Position numbers and translations under genes: made by a program
Shown here: positions 19,588-30,519 of the stretch, in pieces
Numbering within the stretch: the first letter of the stretch is position 1
Layout: each line of letters begins with the position of its first letter
Assembly: GCA_032128115.1 (NCBI GenBank)
Contig: JAQBHB010000022.1
Location: 13,830 to 77,829 of the forward strand
From: Deltaproteobacteria bacterium
GTDB taxonomy: Bacteria > Myxococcota_A > UBA9160 > SMWR01
Reading direction: 5' to 3'
Length of the DNA: 64,000 bases
The notes under the pieces: generated by a model
Told to the model about the DNA's origin: nothing
What the model saw: only the letters and a program-made list of their open reading frames with translations
Databases searched by the model: none

Positions 19588-21594
19588 GTGTCGAGTCGCG
19601 CGGGTGTCGCCGCCGCCTGGGTCGTGGCCTTGGGGCTCGCGCTGGCGGTGCGGGTCTGGAATGCCCTGACCGGCTCGCTCATGTGGGGCTACGACGCGTG
19701 GGGCCACGTGGCCTACGTGTTCTTCCTCGACCTCTACCATGCCGTGCCGTGGGCGGACCAGGGCTGGTCCTACTTCCATCCTCCCCTGCACTACGGCTTT
19801 GGCTGGGCCCTCGCCCAGCTGGGCAGCGCCGAGGCCCTGGTGCGCGGACTCTCCCTGGTGGGAAGCGCCGCCAGCCTGGGGACTGCGGCGCTGGCGGCCT
19901 GGGTGGTGCGCGTCACGGCGCCAGAGCGGCCGGGTCTCGCCCTGTTGGGATTCTGCGCCGTGGCCTTCCTGCCCGTGCACATCTTCGTGAGTCCCATGCC
20001 CGGCAACGAGATGACTTCATGCTTCCTGTCGGCGGCAGCTCTTGCGGCCTTCGTGGCCAACGAGCGGCGACCGGATCCGGGTCTCTGGGGCGATGCCATC
20101 ACGGGCGCGTGTGTCGGGCTCTCGCTTCTCACGAAGTTCACGGGGCTGGTGGTCCTGGGGGCCGTGGCTGGCGCCCTGGGACTGCGCTTCCTGCTGGCCG
20201 ACGATCGCCGCCACGAGTTCCGGCGCGTGAAGGTGCGCGGTCTGGTGCTGGCGGGTATGGCGCTGCTGGTGGCGTCTCCCTATTACGCACGCAATCTCCG
20301 CACCTACGGGGGACCGTTCCAGAAGAGTTCCGACTTCAGTCTGGTGGCAGAGGTGGAACGCGATCAGCCTCCCGGAATTCGCACCTGGCGCGACTACGTA
20401 AACCTGTCGCCAAAACTCTTCGTGGATCCGAATCCCCTGGCGCCTCACCTGATCCACTCGGTATGGGGAACCCTCTACCTGAGCACGTGGGCGGAGATCT
20501 TTCGCGAATCGGATCGGGAGCGAGCGCTGGAGGCCGAGCGAATCGTGCGCCCGTCCACCACGCTGATCGCGATCCTGGGTCTGCTGCCCACGGCCCTGGC
20601 TTTCTGGGGATCGGGGCTCGCGATGCGCGACCATGTCCGCGGTCGGCGTCGCGCCGTGTACGGGACCATGCTCGCGACGTGGGTCCTGGGCCTGGTCGCC
20701 ATGATCCTCTACGCCTTTGTGGTCCCACGCTGGCCCGCGGTGAAGGCCGCCTACCTGTTCGTCCTGTCGCTCCCATTCGCCGTGTTCCTTTCGCGGGGTG
20801 TCGAGGCGTTGGACTCGCGCGGCAGGGCCGTTCGCGTGGCGGTGCTCGTGGCCCTGGCTGCCATCGCCAGTGTGTCGGCCGCCATCAACACGTCGGGACT
20901 CGTGGTGCCTCGACGCCTGGCCAGTCCGGCCATGGGAGCCGTCTGGTACTACTTCGGCGAGTACGAGCCGGCGCGCAGACTCTATGTACGCCTGGTGGGT
21001 TCGTCGCGTTATCCGGTGGCCTGGCTCGACAATCTGGCGGCGGTCGAACTGGGCGATGGCCACCCGGAACGCGCCCGTCGCTTCTACGCCCGAGCGGTGG
21101 AGCTTGGGCGCGACGCCGGGCGCCACGACGCGTACCGACAAGGTCAGCTGGCCGCCAGCCTGGCTCTGGACGGAGATCTCGAAGCGGCGATGGAAGAGCT
21201 CGATGCACTGTTGGCCGTGGAGATGCTTCCGGAGCCGCTCGCCAACCGCGGCGCCATCCGCGCGATCAAGGGAGATCTGGCCGCGGCGGAAGTCGATCTG
21301 CGCGCGGCCCTGGCGCTCGACCCCGAACAGGTTCCCGCCTGGATCAATCTGGCTCACGTGATGGAGCGATCGGGTCAGGCCGATTCCGCCCGACACGTCT
21401 GGCAACGCGCCGGTGAACAGGCGTGCCGACCGCCGCGCGGCTATCCCCATGGCGTTGGGACCGGCGAGGTCCTCGACTGGGGAGTCGGCCGGCGCCTGCA
21501 ACTGGCGATCGACGGCGATTCTCTCGAGGCGGTGCTTCCCGCCGACAGCCGCGAGGCCTGTCGCCGCTTCGGAACCCCCGGCGAGCCGCGCTGA
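19588..21594 (+). CDS. GT39/ArnT-like membrane glycosyltransferase with C-terminal TPR region (paralogue 1)
   Basis: GYD after TM1, HPPLHY, LLTKF; TPR-like LANRG...AAEVDLRAALALDPEQVPAWINLA. Confidence 0.78.
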   Translation: MSSRAGVAAAWVVALGLALAVRVWNALTGSLMWGYDAWGHVAYVFFLDLYHAVPWADQGWSYFHPPLHYGFGWALAQLGSAEALVRGLSLVGSAASLGTAALAAWVVRVTAPERPGLALLGFCAVAFLPVHIFVSPMPGNEMTSCFLSAAALAAFVANERRPDPGLWGDAITGACVGLSLLTKFTGLVVLGAVAGALGLRFLLADDRRHEFRRVKVRGLVLAGMALLVASPYYARNLRTYGGPFQKSSDFSLVAEVERDQPPGIRTWRDYVNLSPKLFVDPNPLAPHLIHSVWGTLYLSTWAEIFRESDRERALEAERIVRPSTTLIAILGLLPTALAFWGSGLAMRDHVRGRRRAVYGTMLATWVLGLVAMILYAFVVPRWPAVKAAYLFVLSLPFAVFLSRGVEALDSRGRAVRVAVLVALAAIASVSAAINTSGLVVPRRLASPAMGAVWYYFGEYEPARRLYVRLVGSSRYPVAWLDNLAAVELGDGHPERARRFYARAVELGRDAGRHDAYRQGQLAASLALDGDLEAAMEELDALLAVEMLPEPLANRGAIRAIKGDLAAAEVDLRAALALDPEQVPAWINLAHVMERSGQADSARHVWQRAGEQACRPPRGYPHGVGTGEVLDWGVGRRLQLAIDGDSLEAVLPADSREACRRFGTPGEPR

Positions 21595-23636
21595 TGGGGG
21601 GGTGGATGGGACGCGGGCTGGCGGCGGCCTGGGCGCTCTCGGTCGGGGGGGCAGTGGGCGTTCGGCTCTGGTGCGCGCTCGCCGGGCCGCGCATGTGGGG
21701 CTACGACGCCTGGGGCCACGTGGCCTACGTGTTCTTCCTGGATCTCTACGGCGGGGTGCCCCGGGCGGATCAGGGCTGGTCGTACTTCCACCCGCCGCTT
21801 CACTACGCGCTCGGATGGCTTCTCGCCCAGGCGGGAAGCGGCGATGTGCTGATGCGCGGCCTGGCCCTGGTGGGCGGCGCCGCGAGCCTGGGCACCGCAG
21901 CCCTGGCGGCTCGCGTGTCGGCGTGGGCCGCGCCCGACCGGCCGGGGCTGGCGTGGCTGGCCTTCACGTCGCTGGCCTTCCTGCCGGTGCACCTGTTCAT
22001 GAGCCCCATGCCGGGCAACGCCCTGAGTGAAGTGTTCCTCACCGCCGCCGCGGTAACCGCCTTCATCGCGAACGAGCGTCGCGCGAATCCGACGTTGACC
22101 GCCGCGGCCGGCTGCGGCCTGCTGGTGGGTCTCGCCCTCCTGACGAAGTTTGGCGGACTCCTGGCGATGGTCGCGGTGGGGGTCGGGCTCGCGATGCGGC
22201 CGCTGCTGCGCGCCACCCGGAGCGATTGGGCAGCGAGCGCCGCGCTGCGGGGTGTGATTGTCGCGGGGGTCGCCCTGGCCCTCTCGGCCCCGTACTACGT
22301 GCGCAACCTGGGCGACTTCGGCGCTCCGTTCGTGTTGAGTCGCGACTTCGCCCTGGTGGCGGGCGTCGAGCGCGGGCAAGGGCCCGGCTATCGGACCTGG
22401 CGCGACTACGTGGAGATTCCCGCCGCGCTCCTCGAAGACGCGAGTCCGCGCGCACCGCATATGCTGCACTCGGTCTGGGGTACGGTGTACGTGAACGTGT
22501 GGGCCGACAACTTTCGCGAGACCGACGTGATCGCGTCGCCCGCCGAGCAACACACCGAGCGGCGCTGGTGGTCGCTGATGGCGCTCCTGGGTCTGGTTCC
22601 CACGGCCCTGTTCCTGGGCGGCGCCGGGCTCGCCGCGCGCGACGTGTGGCGGGGGCACAGGCGCCCTGTCTACATCCCGGTTCTGGTCCTGATGGCCGGT
22701 GGGGTCGCTGGCTTCGTGGCTTTCACGTGGGTGATGCCCCGCTGGCCGGGGCTCAAGTCGTCCTACCTGCTGGCCCTGTCGCTCCCGTACGGTGTCTTCC
22801 TGGCCCGCGGGGCCGAGGTCTTCGCCCGTGGTTGGCCGCGCGTGGCGGTGGCTGCGGGTGTGGCGGTGGTGTCTGCGGTGGCCGCGTGGGGTGTGATCCC
22901 CGGCGCCGTGCTTCCGATCCGAGCCGATGCGCCAGCCACCGGCAGCGTGCACTTCCAGTTCGGGGAATACGAGGACGCGCGTCGGCTCTACACGCGTCTG
23001 GTCGCCGGTGCACCCGGGGCGCTGCCCTGGGTCGAGAACCTGGCGGCGGTGGAGCTGGCCGATGGGAACCCGAGCGCGGCTCGCCTGCTGTACGCGCGCG
23101 CGGTCGCCGGCGCGGCGCGCGCGCGCATCGAGGATCCGTATCGAGACGGGCGCCTGGCCGTGGCGATGGCCCTGGACGGCGACCTGGAGGCGGCGCGGGC
23201 GATCCTTTACGACGTGTCGATCGGCCCGCTCCCGCCGGAGCTGCTGGCCAATCGGGGAGCCCTGCACGCCGTCCTGGGGCATTTCGCCAGCGCCGAAGTC
23301 GACCTGCGCGACGCGCTGGCCGCCGAGCCCGAGCTGCTGGCGGCACAGCGAAATCTTGCGCTGGTGCTGGAGGCGCAAGGCCGCCTGGAGCAGGCCGCCA
23401 CGGCTCGCGACCGAGCCGTGCAGATCGCCTGTGGCTCGCCCCGCCGCTACCCCCACGGACTCGGCACCGGCGAGATCCTCGAGTGGGGCGTGGGCCGGCG
23501 CTGGCTGCTGCTGCTCGACGGCCGGAATCTGCGCGCGGCCCTGCCGGCCTTCTATCGTGAAGCGTGCCGGGAGCTTGCGGGCGACGACTGGCGTCGGCTC
23601 GCGCCCGGCACGTTCGCGCCGGCGGGGGCCACGTGA
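21594..23636 (+). CDS. GT39/ArnT-like membrane glycosyltransferase with C-terminal TPR region (paralogue 2)
   Basis: Colinear with previous gene, shared MWGYDAWGHVAYVFFLDLY and QGWSYFHPPLHY; TGATG coupling at 21592-21596. Confidence 0.78.
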   Translation: MGGWMGRGLAAAWALSVGGAVGVRLWCALAGPRMWGYDAWGHVAYVFFLDLYGGVPRADQGWSYFHPPLHYALGWLLAQAGSGDVLMRGLALVGGAASLGTAALAARVSAWAAPDRPGLAWLAFTSLAFLPVHLFMSPMPGNALSEVFLTAAAVTAFIANERRANPTLTAAAGCGLLVGLALLTKFGGLLAMVAVGVGLAMRPLLRATRSDWAASAALRGVIVAGVALALSAPYYVRNLGDFGAPFVLSRDFALVAGVERGQGPGYRTWRDYVEIPAALLEDASPRAPHMLHSVWGTVYVNVWADNFRETDVIASPAEQHTERRWWSLMALLGLVPTALFLGGAGLAARDVWRGHRRPVYIPVLVLMAGGVAGFVAFTWVMPRWPGLKSSYLLALSLPYGVFLARGAEVFARGWPRVAVAAGVAVVSAVAAWGVIPGAVLPIRADAPATGSVHFQFGEYEDARRLYTRLVAGAPGALPWVENLAAVELADGNPSAARLLYARAVAGAARARIEDPYRDGRLAVAMALDGDLEAARAILYDVSIGPLPPELLANRGALHAVLGHFASAEVDLRDALAAEPELLAAQRNLALVLEAQGRLEQAATARDRAVQIACGSPRRYPHGLGTGEILEWGVGRRWLLLLDGRNLRAALPAFYREACRELAGDDWRRLAPGTFAPAGAT

Positions 23637-25336
23637 ATCCCGCACTCCGCATCGCCCCCGGACCGGCGCCGCGGCGCGAAATCATCGCCGTGGCGGCGCT
23701 CACGATCGTACCGCTGCTTCCGTTCCTGTCTGCGGCGTTTTCCATGGACGCGCCCGTCTTCATGGCCGTCACACGTCAGATCCTGGCTCACCCGCTGGAT
23801 CCCTTCGGCTTCGACATGATCTGGGATCCCACCGCGCCCCAGGCGGCCATCTTCAACCGCAATCCACCACTGCTTTCCTACTACCTGGCCCCGTTCGTCG
23901 CCATTTTCGGGGAGCGCGAAGCGGTGGTGCACGCGGCGCTCCTGGTGTTTCCCCCCATGGCCTCGCTCTCGTTCTACGGAATCGCGCGGCGCGTGGTCGG
24001 CCAGGGACTCGCGCCCACGGCATTGCTGGTGGCGACTCCCGCGTTCCTGGTGTTGTCGGCGGCGGTGATGCTCGACGTGCCGGTGGTCGCCTGCATGCTC
24101 GTCGCAGTGTACGCCTTCCTGCGCGCCCTCGAGGACGAGCCCACCCGCATGCGTTGGGAGCTGGTGGCGGGCGTCGCCGCGGCTGCGGCTGGCGTCATGA
24201 AGTACGTGGGCTTCTCGATCGCTCCCCTGATGGCCGCCGCGATCGTGCTCCTGCACCCACGCAAGCTCTCCGCCAGCGCGCGAGTGCTTGGCATCCCGTT
24301 GCTGGTCTGGGGGTTGTGGGGACTCTGGACGTTCCATCTCTACGACGCCGTGCACTTCTTCATTTCCACCGACCTGGTGCAGGACAAGAGCTTCGAGCCC
24401 GACCACTTCTGGAACCAGGTGGCGTCGACCCCGATCTACTTCGGTGCCGCCTTGCTGTTTCCGATCCTGGCGGCGATCCGAAGCCCGCTGCTTGGCGGCC
24501 GCGACTGGCTGTTCGCCCTGGGCGGTCTGCTGTTGGGGATCGTGGCGGTCTTGTGGGTGCTGCCCGACGGAGAGCCCTCGCGCCGGAATCCACTGGAGGG
24601 CGATGAGAGGGTGCTGGCGGCCCTGGGCTGCGCCGGTGCCGTCTACCTGTGGGGGGTGGCGCTGGCCCGCATCCGCAAGGGGCCGCTGGATGTCTTCCTG
24701 ATCCTCTGGTTCGGTGGCGTCACGTTCTGGACCCTGTTCCTCAACTGGCACGTGAACTCGGCCGACGCGCTGCTGGCAGCGCCGCCGGCATTGCTGCTGC
24801 TGTTCCGCAGTGAGTCGTTGTGCCCGCCCGCCCGGGTCGCGGCAGTGTGGGTTGCACTGGCGCTGCCGCTGTCGGTGCTGCTCACCTGGGCCGACAGCGC
24901 CCAGGCCGGCGTCTACCGCTGGGCTGCGGAGAGGATCGCCAAAGAGATCGGCGACCGTCCCGGCAACGGCTGGTTCGTCGGTCACTGGGGCTACCAGTAC
25001 TACATGGAGCGGCTGGGCTTCCGGGCGGTGGTGCCTCCCCAGTACGAGCGCTGGTACGGGGCGTCGGATCTACACAAGGGCGACTGGATCTCGTCGGCCC
25101 GCAACGTGTCCCAGCTGGATGTGTCGCGGCACCTGGGCAACTACATGATCCGCGGCACGTGGTCGTGGCCCCAGGACTTCTGGATCCCGCTGCGCACCGC
25201 CAACCCGGATGCGGGCGCGAGCTTCTACAGCCATCACGGGGGCTACGTTCCGTTCGCGTGGAAGGATGTGCCGCTCGATACCATCGGCCTGGGACAAGTC
25301 ATCCAGGTGAAATCTAGGGGACCACTGCTTCAATGA
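23633..25336 (+). CDS. GT39/ArnT-like membrane glycosyltransferase
   Basis: FSMD after TM1, NPPLLSYY, MLDVP, MKY motifs, about 12 TM; GTGA coupling at 23633. Confidence 0.75.
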   Translation: MNPALRIAPGPAPRREIIAVAALTIVPLLPFLSAAFSMDAPVFMAVTRQILAHPLDPFGFDMIWDPTAPQAAIFNRNPPLLSYYLAPFVAIFGEREAVVHAALLVFPPMASLSFYGIARRVVGQGLAPTALLVATPAFLVLSAAVMLDVPVVACMLVAVYAFLRALEDEPTRMRWELVAGVAAAAAGVMKYVGFSIAPLMAAAIVLLHPRKLSASARVLGIPLLVWGLWGLWTFHLYDAVHFFISTDLVQDKSFEPDHFWNQVASTPIYFGAALLFPILAAIRSPLLGGRDWLFALGGLLLGIVAVLWVLPDGEPSRRNPLEGDERVLAALGCAGAVYLWGVALARIRKGPLDVFLILWFGGVTFWTLFLNWHVNSADALLAAPPALLLLFRSESLCPPARVAAVWVALALPLSVLLTWADSAQAGVYRWAAERIAKEIGDRPGNGWFVGHWGYQYYMERLGFRAVVPPQYERWYGASDLHKGDWISSARNVSQLDVSRHLGNYMIRGTWSWPQDFWIPLRTANPDAGASFYSHHGGYVPFAWKDVPLDTIGLGQVIQVKSRGPLLQ

Positions 25337-26858
25337 GGCGCGGGCCCGGCTCGCGAAACGCACCCTCGAGCTGGGTCCAGAACTCCTCGCTGGTGGTCGC
25401 GCGCGAAGCCGGAACCCCCATGCCCGTTGCCAGTGCCACCCAGTCGAGCACGGGTCGCGATAGATCCGTGAGCGCGCGCGCCGCAGGGCCGGGCTCGGCA
25501 ACGCCAGCGCGCCCCAGCTCCAGCTGCAGGATGCGATAGCTCCGGTTGGCACAGACGATCGTGACCACGTCGAGTCCCTCCCGCGCCTGGGTCCACAGCG
25601 ACTGCAGCGTATACATGCCACTGCCGTCCGCCTGGAGCGCCACCACCTTGCGGTCGGGACACGCCACGGCGGCGCCGGTAGCGCCCGGCAGGCCCTGTCC
25701 GATGGCCCCGCCGGTGAGCGCCAGGTAGTCGTGGGCCGGCGCACTGGCGCCGGCCACGAAGTAGGGGAGGCCGCTGGTGGCGCCTTCGTCCATGATCACC
25801 GCGCCCTCCGGCTGGAGCAGGGCGAGGATGGCGCCCAGGCTGGTCGGGTTGAGCACACCGCTGGGACGCTTCGGAGCCGCTGCGCGGGTGGGTTTGGGGG
25901 CCCTTGCCGTTGCTCCCAGTGCGTCGGCCAGGTCGCTGAGCGCAGCCACGGCATCCTCGGCGGGGTCGGCCAGGGTCAGCAACGAGTTCTCGGCCTCGAG
26001 TCGGCTGGGAACGCCCGGGTAGCCGAAGAACGAAACCGGCGGGGTGGCGCCGGCGAGCACCAGCGCGTCGACATGAGAAAGTGTCTCGATGGCCTGCTCG
26101 GGGAAGTACGGAAGCCGCTCCACCGGGGGCAGACCCGCACCGCGGGTCACGCGCGCCGGAAACGTGGGGCAGAACAGCCGCGCGCCGCAGACCGACGCCA
26201 CCCGCGCCGCCGCCCGCAGGCCCGGCTCGCGCAGGGCGTGCGCGCCCAGCATCAGGGCCGGCGCGTGGCTGGCGCGGAGGCGCGCGGCAACGGCCTCGAC
26301 CCGCGCCGTGTCCACCGTGGGTGTGGGGGGCACGGGACGAGCACGCCCCGGCGCGTCCACGGCCTCCCACTGGCAATCGGCGGGGGCGATCAGGGTGGCC
26401 ACCCGGCCCGGGTGGGTGTTGGCCGCTGCCAGGGCCTCGGCGAAGTCGCCGGCCAGATCACCCGCTGCACGCGAGGTGCGGACCCACGCGGAAACGGGGC
26501 GCGCCAGCGACTCCACGTCCGAAGTGAGCGGCGCATCGTGAGCACGGTGCCAGGTGGCGTGATCCCCCACCAGATTCAGCACCGGGGAGCCGGCGCGCCG
26601 CGCGTTGTGGAGATTGGCGATGCCATTGGCGAAGCCGGGGCCCAGGTGGAGCAGGGTGAGGGCGGGCCGATCGGCCATGCGCCCGTAGCCGTCTGCGGCT
26701 CCGGTGCAAACGCCTTCGAACAGGCCCAGCACCGCCCGGATGCCCGACACGCGATCGAGCGCAGCCACCAGGGGCATCTCGGTGGTCCCGGGATTGGCGA
26801 AGCAGACCTGGATGCCGGCCTGGGCGGCCAGCCGGAGAGTCGTCTCGGCTCCATTCAT
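25314..26858 (-). CDS. Acetolactate synthase large-subunit-like ThDP-dependent enzyme
   Basis: CFANPGTTE, GPGFANG, ThDP motif ADGSGMY...NRSY. Confidence 0.9.
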   Translation of the reverse strand: MNGAETTLRLAAQAGIQVCFANPGTTEMPLVAALDRVSGIRAVLGLFEGVCTGAADGYGRMADRPALTLLHLGPGFANGIANLHNARRAGSPVLNLVGDHATWHRAHDAPLTSDVESLARPVSAWVRTSRAAGDLAGDFAEALAAANTHPGRVATLIAPADCQWEAVDAPGRARPVPPTPTVDTARVEAVAARLRASHAPALMLGAHALREPGLRAAARVASVCGARLFCPTFPARVTRGAGLPPVERLPYFPEQAIETLSHVDALVLAGATPPVSFFGYPGVPSRLEAENSLLTLADPAEDAVAALSDLADALGATARAPKPTRAAAPKRPSGVLNPTSLGAILALLQPEGAVIMDEGATSGLPYFVAGASAPAHDYLALTGGAIGQGLPGATGAAVACPDRKVVALQADGSGMYTLQSLWTQAREGLDVVTIVCANRSYRILQLELGRAGVAEPGPAARALTDLSRPVLDWVALATGMGVPASRATTSEEFWTQLEGAFREPGPRLIEAVVP

Positions 26859-27081
26859 GCCGGCACAGCCTACCGCCTCGAGCCGTCCGCCTCGATGCCG
26901 CGGCGGGAGGCCCGGGGGTTCCTTCCCAGCCCGGTTTTCCGGCCCCGGAATCAGCGATGTGGCAGCCGGGGCTGGAGGAACCCGCTTCGGACGCTAGTTT
27001 CCCCGCGCCCGTGGGCCGGCCCCGCCGCCGCGCCACCCGGGACCCCCCCCGTTACCGGGGCAACGCGACCGGAGACCCTGC

Positions 27082-29109
27082 ATGCCCACGACCGATATCG
27101 CCGCCTTGCTCGCCTCGTTGCTGGCCATCGCGGCCGGCATCTGGCTCTACCGTTCCGTGTTGGCCGCGCCGGCCACGAACGCCCGGGCCTTGGAGATCGC
27201 CGCGGCGATCAGCGCCGGAGCCCAGGCCTTCCTGAGCCGTCAGTACCGCACCGTGCTGTACGTGGGAATCCCCGTCCTGTTCCTGATCGGCGCCCTGATC
27301 TCCTGGTGGGCGGCGGGCGGATTCGTCCTGGGCGCCGTGGCCAGTGCTGCCGCAGGCTTCGTGGGCATGCATGTGTCGGTGCGGGCCAACGTGCGGGTCG
27401 CCGAGGCCGCGAATCGCGGATTCAGTCCGGCCTTCGGCCTGGCCTACAAGGGCGGGGCGGTAACGGGTCTCATGGTCGTGGGCCTGGCCCTGTTCGCTCT
27501 GGCCGCGCTGGTACTGGTCATGAATCGCGTCGGCTATCACGGCACCGACGGCCTGGTCGGGCTCGCCTTCGGTGGATCCTTGATCTCGGTCTTCGCGCGC
27601 CTGGGCGGTGGCATCTTCACCAAGGGGGCCGATGTGGGCGCCGACCTGGTGGGCAAGCTCGAGGCGAACATTCCCGAGGACGATCCGCGCAATCCGGCGG
27701 TGATTGCCGACAACGTGGGCGACAACGTGGGCGACTGCGCGGGCATGGCCGCCGACCTGTTCGAGACGTATTGCGTCACGGCCGCCGCCGTGATGCTGCT
27801 GGCCTCGATCCTGTTCGAGGGCAACATGGCCATGTTCCTGTACCCGCTCGCCATCGGTGCCGTCAGCATCGTGGGCACGTTGGTGGCGATCCCCTTCGTG
27901 CGGGTGGGCGAGCCGCCCGAGGGCCAGAATCCGCCGGTCATGCGGGCCATGTACCTGGGCCTCGCGGTGGCCGCGGTCGTGTCCATGGGCCTGCTGCTGC
28001 TGGTGCACCGGGGCCTTCCGCTTCCCGCGGGCGCCGAATTCACCCACATGGACCTGTGGCTCTGCGCCGGCGCCGGCCTGTTGGTGACCTTCGCCATGAT
28101 GTGGATCACCGACCTCTACACCGGCGATGGCTCCCCGTTCGTGGCCCAGATCGCCAAGGCCAGCGAAGGCGGGCACGCCACCAACGTGATCAGCGGTCTC
28201 GCCGTGGGCATGCAGGCCACGGCCATTCCGGTGATCGTGATCGTGGCCGCCATGATCGGCAGCTTCCACCTGGGCGGACTGTTCGGCGTGGGCGTTGCCG
28301 CCATGAGCATGCTCTCCATGGCGGGGATCGTGGTTTCCATCGACGCCTACGGTCCCATCACCGACAACGCCGGCGGCATCGCCGAGATGGCCGAGATGGG
28401 CGAGAACGTCCGCAAGGTGACCGATCCGCTGGATGCCTTCGGCAACACCACCAAAGCGGTCACCAAGGGCTACGCCATCGCGTCGGCGGGTCTGGCGGCC
28501 GTGGTGCTGTTCGCCACCTACATCGAGGATCTCAAGGTGGGAGGCATCGTCGCGAGCTTCGACCTGTCCAATACGACGGTGCTGGCGGGCCTGTTCATTG
28601 GCGCCATGATCCCGTTCATCTTCGCGACGCTGGCCATGAACGCCGTGGGTGTAGCGGGCGGCACGGTAGTCGAAGAGGTGCGGCGCCAGTTCCGCGAGAT
28701 CCCCGGAATCATGGAGGGGACCGCCAAGCCGGATTACAGCACCTGCGTCGACATCGTGACGCAGACCGCCCTGCGCCAGATGGTGTTGCCGGCCCTGATC
28801 CCCGTGGTGATGCCGGTGGTGGTGGGACTCACGCTCGGGGCCGGGGCCCTGGGCGGCATGCTGATCGGCTCGATCGTGTCTGGCCTGTGCGTGGCCATCT
28901 CGATGACCACGGGCGGCGCCGCCTGGGACAACGCCAAGAAGTTCATCGAGGCAGGCGCCCTGGGCGGCAAGGGTTCCGATGCCCACAAGGCGGCGATCAC
29001 GGGCGACACGGTGGGAGATCCCTACAATGACACCGCGGGTCCGGCCATCAACCCCATGCTCAAGGTCATGAACATCGTCGCGATCCTGATCATTCCCTTC
29101 CTGGCGTAG
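27082..29109 (+). CDS. hppA: Membrane-integral pyrophosphatase, K+-independent H+-pumping type
   Basis: [48 protein letters not shown] (Lys marks K+-independent), [10 protein letters not shown]. Confidence 0.95.
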   Translation: MPTTDIAALLASLLAIAAGIWLYRSVLAAPATNARALEIAAAISAGAQAFLSRQYRTVLYVGIPVLFLIGALISWWAAGGFVLGAVASAAAGFVGMHVSVRANVRVAEAANRGFSPAFGLAYKGGAVTGLMVVGLALFALAALVLVMNRVGYHGTDGLVGLAFGGSLISVFARLGGGIFTKGADVGADLVGKLEANIPEDDPRNPAVIADNVGDNVGDCAGMAADLFETYCVTAAAVMLLASILFEGNMAMFLYPLAIGAVSIVGTLVAIPFVRVGEPPEGQNPPVMRAMYLGLAVAAVVSMGLLLLVHRGLPLPAGAEFTHMDLWLCAGAGLLVTFAMMWITDLYTGDGSPFVAQIAKASEGGHATNVISGLAVGMQATAIPVIVIVAAMIGSFHLGGLFGVGVAAMSMLSMAGIVVSIDAYGPITDNAGGIAEMAEMGENVRKVTDPLDAFGNTTKAVTKGYAIASAGLAAVVLFATYIEDLKVGGIVASFDLSNTTVLAGLFIGAMIPFIFATLAMNAVGVAGGTVVEEVRRQFREIPGIMEGTAKPDYSTCVDIVTQTALRQMVLPALIPVVMPVVVGLTLGAGALGGMLIGSIVSGLCVAISMTTGGAAWDNAKKFIEAGALGGKGSDAHKAAITGDTVGDPYNDTAGPAINPMLKVMNIVAILIIPFLA

Positions 29110-29128
29110 CCACCTGTAAGCTGCCGCT

Positions 29129-30493
29129 GTGTCGGACGGCGAGCCGCGCGCTCATCCTCGTGACCGGCTGAAGCGGGAGCTTCGCCTTCGCGATGCCACG
29201 TTGCTGGTGGTGTCCGGGGTGATCGGGTCGGGGATCTTCCTTACGCCCGGCCGTATCGCCGACCTGCTTCCCCACCCGGGCATCATTCTGCTGGCCTGGA
29301 TGGTGGGTGGGCTCTTCTCGCTGGCCGGGGCTCTGGCCAACGCCGAGCTCGGCGCCATGTTTCCGCGCGCGGGAGGCGACTACGTCTACCTGCGCGAAGC
29401 CTTTCATCCCGCCGCCGGCTTCCTGGTGGGGTGGCTGAGCTTCTTCGTCATCTACGCGGGCACCATTGCCACGCTGGCGGCCGGCTTTGCGGCGGGCCTC
29501 GCCTCGTTCGTCGGCATGGGTCCGGCCGCCGAGCGCAGCGTCGCCATCGGGGTGACCCTCGCCGTCTCCGCCCTCAACTACATCGGGGTGCGTTGGGGAG
29601 CGCGCGCCAACAACCTGACCGCGGTGCTCAAGGTGGCGGCACTGGTGGCCTTCTGCGTCGCGGGCCCGCTGTTCGGCTCGGGCGATGTCTCGAATCTTCG
29701 CCCGGTGGTGTCGGGGGGACAGACCCTGACGCTTGCGGCCTTCGGTCTGGCGCTATCCCCCGTGCTCTTCAGTTACCTGGGTTGGAACTCGTCGGTCTAC
29801 GTGGCCAGCGAGATCCGCGACCCGGGACGCAACGTGCCGCGCTCGTTGTTCCTGGGCCTGGCGATCTGCACCGGGATCTACCTGCTGGTCAACGTGGTCT
29901 ACCTGTATGCCATCCCGGTGGAGGTCCTGCGGCACGAAGCCAACGCCGGCGAGGCCGCGGCGGGGGCGTTGTTCGGCGGCCTGGGGGGCAGGCTGGTGGG
30001 CGTCTTCGTGCTGGTCTCGATCCTGGGCACCTTGAACGCCACGATCCTGGTGGGGCCGCGCATCGCCTACGCCATGGCCTTGGACCGGCTGTTCTTCCCC
30101 CGTGTGGACCGCGCCCACGAGACGTATCGGACGCCCTCGACGGCGATCGTGCTGCAGGCGGCGACGGCCGTGGCCATCCTGTTCGTACTGGGTGGATTCG
30201 AGCGGGCGCTGGACTACACCACCTTCGCCATCCTGCTGGCCACCATCGCCGACGTGGCCGCGCTCTACGCCCTGCGCCGCTCGCAACCCGGGCGGATTCG
30301 GCCCTACCGGGCGTGGGGCTACCCCTGGGTGCCCGCAGCCTATGTGCTCGCCAACTCCGCGGTGGCCGGGGCCCTGCTCTGGGGGCGCCCGGTGGAGTGC
30401 GTCTACGGCCTGGCCATCGCCGCGACCGGGATTCCCTTCTACGTGTTCTTCGCACGCCGAGCGCGCGCCTTGGCGCCTTCCGAAAAAGTCTAA
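29129..30493 (+). CDS. APC-superfamily amino acid permease
   Basis: [35 protein letters not shown]; 12 TM. Confidence 0.92.
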   Translation: MSDGEPRAHPRDRLKRELRLRDATLLVVSGVIGSGIFLTPGRIADLLPHPGIILLAWMVGGLFSLAGALANAELGAMFPRAGGDYVYLREAFHPAAGFLVGWLSFFVIYAGTIATLAAGFAAGLASFVGMGPAAERSVAIGVTLAVSALNYIGVRWGARANNLTAVLKVAALVAFCVAGPLFGSGDVSNLRPVVSGGQTLTLAAFGLALSPVLFSYLGWNSSVYVASEIRDPGRNVPRSLFLGLAICTGIYLLVNVVYLYAIPVEVLRHEANAGEAAAGALFGGLGGRLVGVFVLVSILGTLNATILVGPRIAYAMALDRLFFPRVDRAHETYRTPSTAIVLQAATAVAILFVLGGFERALDYTTFAILLATIADVAALYALRRSQPGRIRPYRAWGYPWVPAAYVLANSAVAGALLWGRPVECVYGLAIAATGIPFYVFFARRARALAPSEKV

Positions 30494-30519
30494 TAATCTA
30501 AGACAATTCGAGAGGTTGC

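Noticed and set aside
27082..29109. Na+-pumping or K+-dependent PPase call
   Set aside because: GNTTKA has Lys at the determinant position (28453-28455), indicating the K+-independent H+ type
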